Part shown: positions 28,165-41,809 of the stretch, one piece after another | How positions within the stretch are numbered: the stretch's first letter is position 1 | Layout of the letters: each line of letters starts with the position of its first letter | Source of the DNA: Eledone cirrhosa | Taxonomy: Eukaryota | Direction: 5' to 3' | DNA length: 64,000 bases | Assembly (NCBI GenBank): GCA_964016885.1 | Contig: OZ024745.1 | Location: forward strand, 51,646,001 to 51,710,000 | Program-made: the position numbers and the translations under genes | The notes under the pieces: model-generated | What the model was told of the DNA's origin: nothing | The model's input: only the letters and a program-made list of their open reading frames with translations | Databases searched by the model: none

Positions 28165-31100
28165 TGTGGTTGTGGGTGTGTTTGCGTAACAATCTCGGAT
28201 GATAGAATATACATCTTGAATATTTTACCACCTTAAAAATATTGCAATAAGAATAACACAATTAATTCTCAAGCTATAGTAAAAATAAACGTGAAAAACA
28301 TATGTAGTATATAACAAATATATAAAATATTGTACATTTGTACATCTTCTGAGGTTATATAAACAATAAAAAACACATTGTCATGTTGGGAAGCTTGATG
28401 CCCACACACTACCTATCTTTTCTTCACCGCTCATTCTATTCTTTACTTTCTTTTTCATCTTCCGTTACTTTCCTTCATATGCGCGTGAAGGCCTACGTGC
28501 CTTCCATTTTATGACAGTGTTTCCAGTTTGTGGTGATATTACCTACTGTACAGACCTATGCCATTGTCTTTCCGGTCAATGTTTCGTAAGACCCTGTATT
28601 TTCTCTTCCCTGGAATTTTAATAGATACCAGTTGTAGAGTTAACCCCTACAGTCAAACAACTAATATAAATATATGATTATTTTATATATTTATTATATA
28701 TCTTCTGTTGAGGATTTACACGGAGTTCTTTTTCCTGTCAATGCCTGATGACTTCGCTTTTCACCTAGGCAAACTTATGTTTTTCGTTTTGTTCTCGTTC
28801 CTACGTTTGTTGTTTTTTTCTTTAGTTATTTTTGTTTCTTTTTTCTTGCTTGGTTTTAAATATTTCCGAAGCAATTTTGAACGCTTTTTTTAGTATAGTC
28901 GTGTTCGAGCCTGGAGAGCGATGCGCTCCGTTAGGTTTAAGTGCCCGAAAAGCGCTGTATTATCATGTATCATGGTGGTCTAAGAATTCACGTAGAAATA
29001 ACGGATTATGGCATAGCAAAGACGTCAGTCAGTCAAAATTTGCTTTGGCTAGAGTTGTTTGATAACAATATAATTAAATGTAAATCGCAATATCAAGTAC
29101 TAAATGTTATCCCCTTAGCATAAATACATTCTTTAACTTTACTTTTGTCTCAATTAAGAAAGCCAATTCAGCTTCGCCCAATAATGTTAAATTTGGTAAA
29201 GGTAGATAATGGTGAATGTTTCCTTAATGTTTTGTTATCATAATTTGGACAAATATATATTATTACACCAGTCTTGGAAACGAGTTTAACGCAGTTCCCC
29301 GTGAGGAAGGGAGAGTGGGAGGACAAAACAAACAAAAAACGAGTAAAAATGATGTTGCTAGAGGCCGTATGCGTTCAAAACATTAAAAGTTATTGGGAAA
29401 AAAAAACATTTCACTTTCAAAAAATTTCTAACCCAACCTATCGACTAACTATTCATAAAATAAAAAAACGAAACATATTTTTTCAACCGCCTCGAAATAA
29501 AAGAATATAAACCTAAGAGCCTAATCATAATTATTACGACACTGCTGTATAATTTAGGGGGCGAATGATCGTATGTGTGCTTAATTTCAACTGGAAAAAT
29601 TATTTTATATTTTTTTCTTGTTAAAACATAAATCTCAGAGTTTGCAGAATGGGAAATATAATGATTGCTTTTTCATCGATAATTAAACATCCCCAAAATA
29701 AATATTATTGACATTATTTTCTGTCTTATTTGGTTGAGAATCTATGTCTATTGTTATGGAAGTTATATTTTATAGACAAATATTTCCAAATGGTTAAAAT
29801 ACTATGCAAATATGTTGGGTTGGATTCGTAAAAACATATTTACGCTTCAATAGTTTTATATGCTTCACCAAACACTGTAGTTTAAAACACATAAAACATG
29901 CAGATGTTTTCAAGCAAAAATAGAAATATATTTTGACTGAAACTACCTTGAATAGAATTGATCTTAGAAATTTGAAGTGTGATAGACACATAATATGCAG
30001 TAAAAATATATTCATTTGATTGTCCAGTCAGGCGATATATACAAACATAATTCCGAAACTTGTGTCATAATAGTGTACCTGAGCGTATAGAAAACTTTTC
30101 CTATTTACTAAAGCATAAAATTGACTTCTCTGCCGTGTTCCATATTTGGACTGTCTGGAGAATTGGGATATGTTATTTCTCCAAATTTAGCACAAAACTG
30201 AGATCCATTATGATTGCATTGAAGAAAGTTTTGTCTACAGGAAATCTAGGACGGTGAATTACAAAATTGAAAGATTTACTATGACATATAATCTATGGCC
30301 TTTGAAAATATTTGAGATCGATTTTTCATGAAATGTATCAAACATCTTTAATGGCTGTCTACATATTTCGAAATAAATATATGATTCCTTGCGTAAATTA
30401 CACAATTAACAATATATCAGTGGAAAATATATGTGTAATTTAAATAATACATTGTTTATGTGAATGACAAAAACTACAAGGTAATTTTGAAATGTGAAAC
30501 AGATAAATGCATGGAGAGGTAAAATAATATTTTCAATATATAGGTATGTAATTTCGTAGAATATTTATGGCACACTCAATAGTGTTACAGACTGCAATAG
30601 ATATCTAGAAAATTATATGAGGATATATATTTTTTTCAGTATTTAATCTTCTAGAGACCCATTTTATTTGGAGTTTGGTGCGTTGCCAAGATCTTTGCTA
30701 TTGTGATTTGACTTTTTGTAAATTTTGCATCGAATTCCATATTTATTGACAATGAATATAATTAAAGTTTGACAGAAACACATTAAGATGACTGACGTGT
30801 ATAGTGAATTTCTAATATGCGTCGCCATGGGCAACTAACAATTATTTTAATTGAATTTATACACCATTATTTTGTTGTTATAGCTCTTAGAGTTACTATT
30901 TTTGACAGATGAGAAATTAAATAAGATGGTTTACATCAAGAAACTTAATCAATAAACAAAGATTTGTATATCAGTAAATTGAAAGTATTGGTAATAAAGT
31001 TTTGCAAACAGCACGCACATGATCGTTATCACAGAACTCATTAACATGTTTTTATAATCTGTGTAATGAAATATACAAGAAAATTGATATTTGACAGTTA

Positions 31101-31235
31101 GGTACTATATCCTATGAACGCAAATTGTTTAAATAGAACCTAACTAGGCAATTTGAAGGGAGATAGATGACACATATATCGTCCAGATCTAGGGATTCAA
31201 ATAAGCACTCGCTTAGCCTGTAAAACCAAAACAAG

Positions 31236-31438
31236 AGGAATATGACTCTTACAGACTCGCCCATTATACCCCATTATACCCCTTTGTTGTGGAACTCTTC
31301 TTTGATAACTTCTTTTGTCATTACTTTAGAAATAAGTCTTGAGCAAAAAGCAAAAAGTGTTCGAGATACATCTATGACAAAAGAAGAATTCTACAACAGG
31401 GGGAGGTAAGGGGCCAGCCTGTACGAGTCTTATTCCTC
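31236..31438. mobile_element. MITE with ~23-bp TIRs (possibly TA-target)
   Basis: gaggaatatgactcttacagact ... agcctgtacgagtcttattcctc-ta. Confidence 0.7.
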
Positions 31439-31827
31439 TAGAAAGAAATCAACATTTTGGTATTTGTCTGTTGGAAATTGTATCTACGTTAGGAATAATG
31501 AATCACAAAGCATAACTAAAATATTTCACATATGACTCCATGAAAATAATTGAAGTAACTTATTTATGGTTCTATTTAACATTAATTTCTAAAGAGTATA
31601 AGGCAATATTGGCAATATGAGAGTAGTTTTGAACGAAAGAAGTGTGAATGATGTAATCAAAATTGTTGCTAATTTTAAAGTTAATGATTCATTCGACTTT
31701 GTTCTCCATTTATACGATAATGAATCACCCAACATATACTTTATTAACTCATACAATATAATAAACACACTTCATTATTGTATCTTTTCAAGATTTTTGA
31801 AGTGAAAACATGTGTTGAAACATTTGT

Positions 31828-31905
31828 TGTTATAATTTAGGAGGGTTATGCTGCCAATAAAATAACACTCACTAACTGAGTTTCACTTCAATTTATTATT
31901 ATAAT
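31828..31905 (-). repeat. Decayed terminus of the tgttat..ggagggtcat HHR family
   Basis: tgttataatttaggagggttatgctgccaataaaataacactcac..tttcacttcaatttatt matches the ends at 37717 and 44510. Confidence 0.6.
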
Positions 31906-34109
31906 TTCTTTTCGGTTGGTTTAATAACTTGATGCTTGTTTAGTAGTTGATTGCCAAAGCCCTTTCGTTGCAAATTCGGTGATTTCTTTACTGAATAATT
32001 TGGCTACTTTGTATCACCTCTTCGTTCTGTTTTACCACACCTTATCTTTTTGAGCTGTGCACCTGCATTGTGCCTCTGTTACAAAGGAGTGTCTGTGTCT
32101 TTATTAATTAATTTATTTATCTCTCTATATATTTCTCTTTTCCCTTTCCTACTTTTCAGTAGTTAGTTAATTTTTATTCTGATTTTTGTATTCTATATAT
32201 TTGCGCATGTATGGTAGGTGTCGGATCTGTCTATGTATCTTATTGGTTTTGTCCTTGTGTGGTTATATATTAGTCTTTGTCACTATGTAATGATGGTGTT
32301 ATTATTCCATTCATGCTTTCTATTTTAGTTTGTTCGAATTTCATTTATATTTGTAGCCTATGTAATCTTTAAACATAATTTGGGAACAATATATATTGGT
32401 TAGTTTTGCAGAGAATTAGAGAGTCTGACACCAAGAACTTCCTTCTTGAAGAACATCGAAGTAACCCTACCTTGCTGGTTCTTGAGATATGTTATATCCT
32501 GCATGATTTCCTTCAAATTCTTTTCTTCTTGCACCTAACGCACTATATATAAATCAAATTATCCTCTACATTACTATAAATACCGCAGGAGAAACGATTA
32601 CGTTAAACCCCATTTTAATGAATTTGTCTGCTTGCACCAAACACATGTCTTTATATGTTATATATGTAAAAAGGTACTGTTGGTTTGGCAACCGTGGCAG
32701 CGAAAGTATTTTTAATTCCTTTGCTGTTCGATTTGTTGTTGTTTTTGCTGTTTGTATTGAAGCCAAAGTTCTTGTCATTGATGATTATTTTACATAATAA
32801 CATTGGTGCTTTGCTTCAAAGCTGGAAATTTGTTTTGGTATGCTTAACTTACCACGTAGGCTTTGATTTATTTTGCAGGTATTTGGGATGTTACAATATT
32901 CAGACACTGTTCCATTCGTTGAATGCGTTCATCCACCCTTTTCTTAAGCACTTTTTTGTGATTAATTTTTAAAGGCCTGATTTAGCCCCAAACGCTACAA
33001 ATAAAATGCAGTCGACGTTACCTAGTGAGCTGTTTGAAGTTGCAACAGAATGGTACAAAGTTTTCAACAATGAATTTTTAAATATGGTGAAAAAACACAA
33101 ATTATACAGCGAGTTTCAGCACGTGTCAACACAGGATCAGAGAGCTGACATTATAGTGATAAATAATACATACCCAGAATATAAATATTCTTTTTGTTCT
33201 AACATTTCATTCTGAAAATGAAATCTAATCTCACATTTGTACGAATCTATAGTTTCAACAGCATGGAATTAAATGGAGTTTGATATTAAATGTATAAGGC
33301 TTGGAGAAAATTGTTTGCTTTTTTGTGCATGTCAGTTTGAGCGTGAGCTGCTATATATGTTCGTTATTTTAAGTTTATTTATGTAAAATAATTCTATATT
33401 TAAACAACAGTGGATGAGTATAATCTTCAAACATCAGCGAAGGAAGATAGAATGAGATGAAAGGAATCTCTTGGCGAATAGCTAATTAACTTCTATAATA
33501 CTAAAGTAGAGAAAATTATAATACGTGAAACGAAGCAAACAGAAATATACTTATATACGGTTATTGCAGTATGAATAAGATGACGATTTTATCTATTTTT
33601 CCTGATAAACATTGCTAATATTTCGTTTCAAATTTATAATTCATTGATGTACACGTGATTGACAAGCTTTCGTTTCACTTTTCATCTCAATTATTTATCT
33701 TTGAGACTCTCTGTCTCTAATTTTTTGGCCTTCTGATTATGTTTTATTATAACTTCAATTAAAATTATCTTTCTAGGGTTATTGCTATTATTTAATTGAT
33801 TGCATCAAAATGAAATGACAAAGATATTGTTAATATCAAAATTGTTTCATGTCGGTTTTTGATTCATATCTGAAACAATTTGCTACGATTCATTTTTTTA
33901 TAATTACTTAAAAGAAAGTATCTATGTATAATATTAAAATTATAATTGAAAATTGAGTAATACTGAATGTGATATTATAAGTATTATTACATGACATAAT
34001 ACTAATAACAGCGTATAATATATATATAACAACGGAATTGTGGTAAGGAGCCAGATGGACCATAACGCATCAGAGTACTCAATACTTAGGGTAGTAGAAT
34101 GGGAAATAG

Positions 34110-34216
34110 GAAAAAGTATGACCCCGACGGCAGAGTTCAAGCCGTTTCGACGCCTATTTCTGGACAGAAAAAGCCGTCGAAACGGCTTGAGCTCTGCCGT
34201 CGGGGTCAACTTTTTC
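34110..34216. repeat. Near-perfect GC-rich palindrome (PLE-type fold-back; tail about 34030-34109)
   Basis: gaaaaagtatgaccccgacggcagagttcaagccgtttcgacg / cgtcgaaacggcttgagctctgccgtcggggtcaactttttc; related to 5675-5712 plus 5930-5972. Confidence 0.85.
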
Positions 34217-34326
34217 ATATATATATATAATATATATAAATATTTGCTCTACGGTTCTTATATATTTGATATATATTTATCCATATCGAGCCCTCTTTGG
34301 ATTTTAGTCTTCAAATTTATTATTAT

Positions 34327-34383
<57 letters not shown>

Positions 34384-35899
34384 TATATACAATTTAGTTT
34401 ATTTACTTTATTAGTTAATCACATGGATTTGCATGGTGAATGCAGCAGTTAAAATATTAGTTATATATCCGACTGGCCAGCAACTGGTATTGATGTTTGT
34501 TTGTATACACTGTTTGTAACATATATTTCCTTTTGTTACAAATTGGTTGTGAAGAAGAATGATTGAGAAAAGAAAATTAAAATGCATCAATGAAAAGTAC
34601 GAAGAAGGTAAATTAATTAGTGGTGAGAAAAATTGACATATATTATAGTTACCTGTTTAGAAAGTAACCGTATGAAGATAAGAGAATGAAAAATATGTGT
34701 GATAATATAATTGTACGCAAATATAATATTAGTAAAAAAATAAGACACACATAATATATAGAAATGATCATTTAGAACTAATGTTTAGCGAATGATATAC
34801 ACATTCATTCTATTACAATACTGAAGATAGGGATTTCAAGGTCTGGACACAATATAACCACAATGTTACGCATTTAGCGTCTGACACCTATGAAATATAC
34901 ACCTATGAAATGACTAATGATATCTAGTATACTGAAGTATGGATAAAATAGAAATACATATTCAAGTAATAAAATTACACACACACACACACACACAAAT
35001 ACACACATATTGTATGTTATATTTTCACCTTGAATTTATGTCGCTTATTTCTTTAAGGGCTAGGTCTTTTCTTGTTTATTTTCATATTCTGGGTATTTTA
35101 TGTTGTGTTACGAATACGAAATAGACTTCCACTTGTACGACACCCCGTCATCTGGGTGGTGAGATTAAGGGTTTAAAGTCGAGATACAACTGGAGTCGCT
35201 GTAGATATTAGCTTTTATTTTATTATATAGAAACTCCGTAATGTAGTTGCAGCTAGATGACGTCAGTTTTCTCTCTTTGGTGGCTGTTGCACTGCGGTTA
35301 CGTATGCCAAGTTTGGAAAGATGGGTGGTCAGCGTTTGATTTGCTGAATGTTGAGGGTGAGTAGGTTTAGGATTGGCAGATGTCATGAGACAGGCTGGAG
35401 TCTGGCTAAGCGTGTTTGTTGAGTGTTGGTGGACTGAGTGGAGCAATAACGATCTTAATTACGTATATATATTTGTCGAGAAACAACTGGAGGAGATGCA
35501 GCACGATCTATTACGTAATAGGGTCGTAGTCGCTGCAGATAATAATAGCTTTGACTTTATCATATAGAATCTACGTAATGTAGTTGCAGCTAGATATATC
35601 ATACATACCATTTCACTGCTACATCTTATATGGTGAACGAGGTGTTGTATCGTTAAATTACCGTACGTATATAGTGTACCCAAACGGACAAGCTGGATAT
35701 ATATCATATAAAACATCCCGTTTGTAGACAACATGGGAAGCAGCATGACGCCACACTGAGTACTCATGGCATAAGGACAATATATCGGGCTTATATCGAA
35801 GCTAGAGATAACAGTCAAACACCGTCTAAATTAGCTCAGATTATGCATGTAAGACTGGTGAGGTTAGAAATCAAGGGACATGTGTTAAAGTGGGGACGA

Positions 35900-36670
35900 A
35901 AAAAGGGACGGGAGAAAGGAGGAGTCCTAGGTGAGGAACAGAAGGAACTACGTATCGGGAGGTCGTGGAGGTTACGGTTGCGCTTAAGGCGGTGGTGGGT
36001 GGCTGAGGAAAGAAGTGAGAAATGATGGGTTCAGAATAGAGGGTGTGTAAGGAAAGGAGGATATGTCACCGCAGCGGTAGTGTGAAAGGTGTGTGTATGT
36101 GGGGGTGGGGTGGAGTATTGCGAGGGGTTGTTAGGGTGAGAGGGCTGTGTTGCGGCTGGTTTCAAGGACTTGGGTCAATATTGGATCATTCATGGTGATA
36201 TCCACACTGGCTGAAGCGGGAGACCTTGTGTTGAACTGGATCTCGATATCGTATTCCCGGCTGCAGAGCCGACGATGGCGGAGGAATTGGGAGTAGGGTA
36301 TGGATAGTTTTGTTCGGGTGGAAGAGGAAGTTGTGAGTCGAGGTAGGAGTGGGAATCAGTGGGAGTTTGAAAATGGAGGTAGAGAGTGTGTGTTGAGTGT
36401 TGATGATAGACAGGGAGATGTCGGGAAATCGGACTGTACATTTTCAGACATGTGTGGTGAAAGTGAGAGCTGGATAAAAAAAGAGCACTAAAGAATGAAT
36501 GGAGTCGAGCATTTCACAGGAGAGAGACGTAGCGCCAATACAATCGTCGATGATACTACCTTTTAGCTCAGGGGTCGGGCCAGTATAGTTGGTGAAGATC
36601 AAAGCCTCAATGTAGGCATCGGACAGGTTGGAATAGTTAGGGCCAATTTTTGTACCCATGGCTACCCAAA
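35900..36670 (-). pseudogene. Decayed Penelope-like (Poseidon/Neptune-type) RT fragment
   Basis: AMGTKIGPNYSNL..YIE..IFTNYTGPTPELKGSIIDDCIGATS..FYPALTFT..PTDSHSYLD matches PLE RT motifs MGTKMGP.YANLF, RYIDD, HP.L.FT and KPTDSHSYL. Confidence 0.85.
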
Positions 36671-36714
36671 ATGTGTTGTTTAAAACTTTTCGGAAAATAA
36701 AGACATTGAGACTG

Positions 36715-36795
<81 letters not shown>

Positions 36796-37001
36796 TGTTA
36801 TACTTGGGGAGGGTCATACTTGTGTATATATTGCCAGAATTAATAACAGAACACACTCACTGTTTGGTTGGTTTTCGCTTATCGCTTCTGTGTCTTTTAT
36901 ATCGGTAATCTAATATACTCGGTCCTCAATGTTGCCATTGACTGACCGACGGTCAAAAATAATACAGATACAATATAGACACAAACACATATATATAGTT
37001 T

Positions 37002-37043
37002 ATCATAAATCTTTCGTTGCACATCTGCAACATCGTCAGTGGT
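37002..37043 (-). ncRNA. Minimal hammerhead (left arm of element A)
   Basis: Reverse complement of 37296-37337. Confidence 0.65.
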
Positions 37044-37295
37044 GCTATTGTTTCCTCCTGTTGAATTAATAAATAAATACATACACAAGCACAATAACAA
37101 CAAACACATAAACACACACTAGTCACCCAATCACGAGCACACATCACGCATCAAACAAAACACTATACACACACGCAAACGCATGCGCAAAGAAGACAAA
37201 ATAAAATAAACAAACAAGCAAATAAATAAATAAATATATAGACAGACTGAATAAAAATGGCGTAGCCATACAATTCAACAGGAGGAAACAATAGC

Positions 37296-37337
37296 ACCAC
37301 TGACGATGTTGCAGATGTGCAACGAAAGATTTATGAT
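37296..37337 (+). ncRNA. Minimal hammerhead (right arm of element A)
   Basis: acca-CTGACGA-t-gttgca(gatg)tgcaac-GAAA-g(at)t-TA|tgat. 6-bp stem II with a U inserted after A9; weak stem I. Confidence 0.65.
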
Positions 37338-37600
37338 AAACTATATATATGTGTTTGTGTCTATATTGTATCTGTACTATTTTTGACCGTCGGCCAGTCA
37401 ATGGCAACATTAAGGACCGAGTATATTAGATTACCGATATAAAAGACACAGAAGCGATAAGCGAAAACCAACCAAACAGTGAGTGTGTTCTGTTATTAAT
37501 TCTGGCAATATTACACAAATATGACCCTCCCCAAGTATAACAATATTTGTTTCGACACAGGATTTCATATAAAAAACCTCGCAAAACTAATTCATCGCCG

Positions 37601-37658
<58 letters not shown>

Positions 37659-37866
37659 CGTTTCTGAATTTGTTTAGCAAGATTCTTTATCTGAAAACGT
37701 GTGTTGAAACCGATATTGTTATGCTTTGGGAGGGTCATGTTGCCAATAATAAACACACGCACCAGCTGCTTTCACTTCAATTTATTATAATAAATTTATA
37801 AATTTAGGAATTTATAAATTTCCGGTTGGTTGGTTGGTTCCACAACCAGACCATTGTTCATATATT

Positions 37867-37909
37867 GTCAAACTTCTTTTGTCACACATTCTGTGACCTC
37901 TTCAGTGAC
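37867..37909 (-). ncRNA. Mutated hammerhead (G12A), left arm of element B
   Basis: gtca-CTGAAGA-g-gtcaca(gaatg)tgtgac-AAAA-gaag-TT|tgac. Confidence 0.55.
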
Positions 37910-38066
37910 TGGGGATTCTTTTCTTTATTTTTTGTGCCTCTCCTTTGTTCTGTCCTACAGCATCTTGTTTTTGTGTGTGTTGTGTCAACAGACACACACA
38001 CACAAAAACAAGATGACGTAGGACAGAAAAAAGGAGAGGCACAAACAACATAGAAAATAATCCCCA

Positions 38067-38109
38067 GTCACTGAAGAGGTCACAGAATGTGTGACGAAAG
38101 AACTTTGAC
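38067..38109 (+). ncRNA. Minimal hammerhead, right arm of element B
   Basis: gtca-CTGAAGA-g-gtcaca(gaatg)tgtgac-GAAA-g(aa)c-TT|tgac. 4-bp stem I, 6-bp stem II, CUU site. Confidence 0.75.
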
Positions 38110-38248
38110 AATATATAAACCAATATGGAACCAACCAACCAACCGGAAATTTATAAATTCCTAAAATAAATAAATTTATTATAATAAATTGAAGTGAAAG
38201 CAACTGGTGCGTGTGTTTATTATTGGCAACATGACCCTCCCAAAGTAT

Positions 38249-38298
<50 letters not shown>

Positions 38299-39429
38299 GT
38301 ATGTGTGTGTGTGTGAGTGTGTGCGTGCGCATGTGTGTGTGTGTGTTTACTAAACCCAGTCTCACACACACCCGCGTAAACGTATAATGGTTTAATAGAT
38401 ACTTTATTATATTTAGTCGTGTTCGTAATCTTGACATGAAAGCAAAATAAGTTAAACCCAGAATAAGAATTTATTTCTTCTTTAATGCATTGGTCATTTT
38501 AAAAATACATAAATCATTGCCTAAATAGTTCCGTTATTTTATAATGTATCTAAGTCGTAGCGTCGGAACTGAGATAAGAATTGTGAGTCATTGATTTATA
38601 CTACTTTCTGTCCTTCCACAAACATCTTGCAATTTTTTTCCGAGGGGAAGAACTCCCGATTTAAAGTATTTGTAACATTTAACGTTTTTGTTTATGTATT
38701 TTTAGTGTGTCTTTAGTATTTTTTTCTGATGACAGTATCTGATAGTTTTTAATCTCTTATCGTTTTAAATTGAATAAAGATAAAAAGTAATTTATATGCT
38801 ATTATTAATTGCTGAATGAGAAATCGAAAATACAAAGAAAGGGAAATAACGATAGCCATACGTAGCTCTATTATCACCAAAATAAGTACATTGTACATAG
38901 ATTCATATGAATCAAGCGTTGTGCTCTTTCTCCCAACTAATTTGTTCAATTATTCCCTTCACATTATATCTGGCATTGTATGTATAATTTTATATAATTA
39001 CAAGTCTTTTCATTTTTGTCTCCCGGAAAATTATATATTCGATTATTTTCTGTATGGCTTATTACATTTCTTTGTCTACATAATGTGTGACAAACGTCAA
39101 TCATGAATTTCTTTTACTCTCACAAACGATTTAGTTTCATTAGTAATCTATCCTTTTTCTTTGTCATATACACTAGCAATCATAAGTAATTTATTTAAAG
39201 AAAAAGAAATACGTATGACGTTAATACTAGAATTTGTAACATATTTAAATATCTAATATTTCCTCCACGTGTTTATGCGAAATCCATGCATCTTAATATG
39301 GTTCACAATTAAAGATGCACCAGGGAAAAATATGTAATTGGATTAGAAGTAAAATATATAATTTACAACATTATATTAAGATAAAACTATTCGGTTGCTA
39401 GCCAAGAAATGTATGCATTATTTCTTGAA

Positions 39430-39548
39430 GCGAATTCAAATCCCGCCGAGGTTAACTTTGCCTTTCATCCTTACGGGGTCGATAAAATAAAGTACCAGTA
39501 ATGCACTGGGTATTTGCTGGCTTTGTACCAAATGTAGAAACAATTATT
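39430..39548 (+). mobile_element. 5'-truncated SINE
   Basis: ttcaaatcccgccgaggttaactttgcctttcatccttacggggtcgataaaat...gtagaaacaattatt. Confidence 0.9.
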
Positions 39549-39947
39549 TCTAGAAACGATAACCATACCCCTCAATGTTTAAAAAATATACATACAGGAT
39601 GAGAAAAATTATTCGTCCGAAACGAATAGCCGGTTGTTCACAAGATGGAAGGGCTAAGCAGCAAGAACAACAACAACTTCAATCATAAAAAAAACAGCGA
39701 CACCAACACTGCTAGTAACATCAACAACTGTGACACCAGAACCAGCAACTGCAGCAATTGCAGCAGCAGAAAGAAAACATACTCGTCCACAACAACCAAT
39801 CACAGATACACCAAACATCGTACTAGTGAGAAATGCTTGGGAATTCACCCGGATCAATTGGAAATAGGTTGCTTTTGATAGGACACACTGGAAGGAGTGT
39901 TTGAGGACTCCGACGTCAAGACCCTCTTAAGAATAAGGGGGCAAAGG

Positions 39948-40004
39948 AGAAGAAGAAGAAGAAGAAGAAGAAGAAGAAGAAGAAGAAGAAGAAGAAGAAG
40001 AAGA
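39948..40004 (+). repeat. (GAA)n microsatellite after a LINE-like 3' end (cf. 21160-21245)
   Basis: Pure gaa run; the upstream aggacacactggaaggagtgtttgaggactc is shared with 21186-21218. Confidence 0.85.
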
Positions 40005-40851
40005 ATTAATTTGTTGGAAGGCCAGGTTATAAGTTAGTTACTCTAGCATTCCCAGTTTTAAAATAGGACATGGAAACTGTCATCAGAAGAATGTAGAAAC
40101 ATAATACCCTATGATATATTTGTTGTTTATAAAATTTAAATGCGCGTTAAAAAGACAAAATTATTAGAATTTAGCCAATATATGAAACAAACATGTATTT
40201 CATTTATCTTTATAATATACATTGTATGTCTCATAATCGCATTTGTATTCATTCTAAAATCATACTTTAATATTAATTTACATAAATGCTCAGACATTAA
40301 TGAAAGGGACATACATTGTGAGCAATATAAAAGAATATATTTGCATAGCCCTTTAATGCAAAACAGACAATAACCATGAAAACCATTCGAATATTAATAT
40401 ATCGAAATTTAAAGCAGCTTAAAGGAAAAAGAATATTCACACACTCAGACGATTTGATTGGACATCTGCTATTGTGCAGATATATATATATTAATAATAT
40501 TAATAAGAGGAATTCCAACTTTGTCTGATTTACTGTAATATTTACAATCCTTTAACATGTTTAATCGTATTAGAATGAAATAGTATGGTAGAATATTAAA
40601 TGTTAAGTGTTAATTGAACAAGTACTTTCATGCTTTCGCAATCTTCAGGTTCATATTCTGTGGTGACAGTCAAGTTTGCAATTTTCAACTGCATAGTAAT
40701 AATAATAAATTTGAACACTAAAATCTGTTATTTTAATATATAGAAATATATATATATATGTGTGTGTTTGTGTGTGTGTGTGTGTGTCGGTGTGTGTGTC
40801 GGTGTGTGTGTCGGTGTGTGTGTGTGTGTGTTGGTATGTGTGTGTGTGTCC

Positions 40852-41014
40852 TGGGTTCAATCGGTGGTGAGCACAGTAAGTAAGGTATTCAATACATAAC
40901 AGAGTATACGTTTTTAATATAGAAATGGCTTCTACAGGGCTAGAACTATCTCATTCGAAGGAAATGATGATTGTCTTCAAATGAAATACTTCTAGTCCTG
41001 TAGAAATCATTTCT
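40852..41014. mobile_element. Fold-back (40921-41014) with tail; same family as 56430-56565
   Basis: agaaatggcttctacagggctagaa.. / ..ttctagtcctgtagaaatcatttct; shared tail cacagtaagtaaggta(c/t)tcaatacat. Confidence 0.7.
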
Positions 41015-41027
41015 CTCTCTCTCTCTC

Positions 41028-41075
<48 letters not shown>

Positions 41076-41096
41076 CATATATATATATAAATATAT

Positions 41097-41325
41097 GGAA
41101 TAGAATAAAACGAAATTTCATTTCTCATTCTTAGTACGGCACTTACTTAAATGTAAGCATGTATGTATGTATACGTACGTACATATATATATACAGACGT
41201 ACAGTAGTATGTATATATATATACATACATGCACGTATCGGTTTACCGAACATTTATTATAATGCTCGGTTTGTTTGTTTACAAACAAACAAACCGAGCA
41301 TTATAATAAATGTTCAGTAAACCGA
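41097..41325. mobile_element. Fold-back fragment of the ~510-bp array family
   Basis: aaaacgaaatttcatttctca..cttagtacggcacttacttaaatgtaag..; palindrome at 41238-41325. Confidence 0.8.
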
Positions 41326-41352
41326 TATACCGGAATTGAATAAAAAAAACAG

Positions 41353-41399
41353 TATTTTGTCTGATGAAAACGTACCTTTGAAATATGTATAATAAAATA
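41353..41399 (+). ncRNA. Minimal type-I hammerhead ribozyme
   Basis: tattttgt-CTGATGA-aaa(cgtacc)ttt-GAAA-t(atgt)a-TA|ataaaata. 8-bp stem I (one G.U), AUA site, cut predicted after 41391. Confidence 0.75.
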
Positions 41400-41442
41400 T
41401 ATATTTTGATTATGAGAATACTTTTCATTTATTAACATTTGG

Positions 41443-41474
<32 letters not shown>

Positions 41475-41478
<4 letters not shown>

Positions 41479-41661
41479 GTTTTTGCTTTTGGCACAAAGC
41501 CAGCAAATTATCAGTACATTACTGGTAGTTTATTTTATCGACCCCGTAAGGATGATAGGCAAAGTTAACCTCGACGGTATTTGAACTCAGACCGTAAAGG
41601 GACGTAACTATGCTGGAAAGCATGGCGTCCAACTCTCTACCGATACTGCCAATCCACCGCC

Positions 41662-41663
<2 letters not shown>
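41475..41663 (-). mobile_element. Full-length SINE
   Basis: Reverse complement of the SINE consensus, including A and B boxes. Confidence 0.9.
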
Positions 41664-41718
<55 letters not shown>

Positions 41719-41809
41719 GTATACACTCCTTACTATCCTTGCTTTCATATTTCTTCTTGCTCCCCTTTTCTCATTATATTTGAATATAAACAAGTACATA
41801 AATGCAAGG

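Larger units (their letters stand above)
36796..37602. mobile_element. Fold-back HHR element A
   Basis: Arms about 36796-37067 and 37273-37542 are near-identical inverted copies; ~60-nt tail on the right only; (TA)n flanks. Confidence 0.9.
37657..38252. mobile_element. Fold-back HHR element B
   Basis: Arms about 37717-37980 and 37995-38252 are inverted; ~58-nt tail on the left only. Confidence 0.9.

Noticed and set aside
29700-33350. Possible ancient DNA transposase remnants
   Set aside because: Only faint resemblance by eye; needs BLASTX or a Dfam search.
36796-38252. LTR or TIR transposon reading of the TGT...ACA ends
   Set aside because: The arms are inverted and of variable length, have one-sided tails and contain HHRs; this fits PLE-type inversions better.
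39645-39878. N/S/T-rich ORF
   Set aside because: Decayed (AAC)/(AGC) microsatellite.
40040-40092. Minus-strand CTGATGA-cagttt..aaactg-GGAA
   Set aside because: Core mismatch and weak stems I and III.
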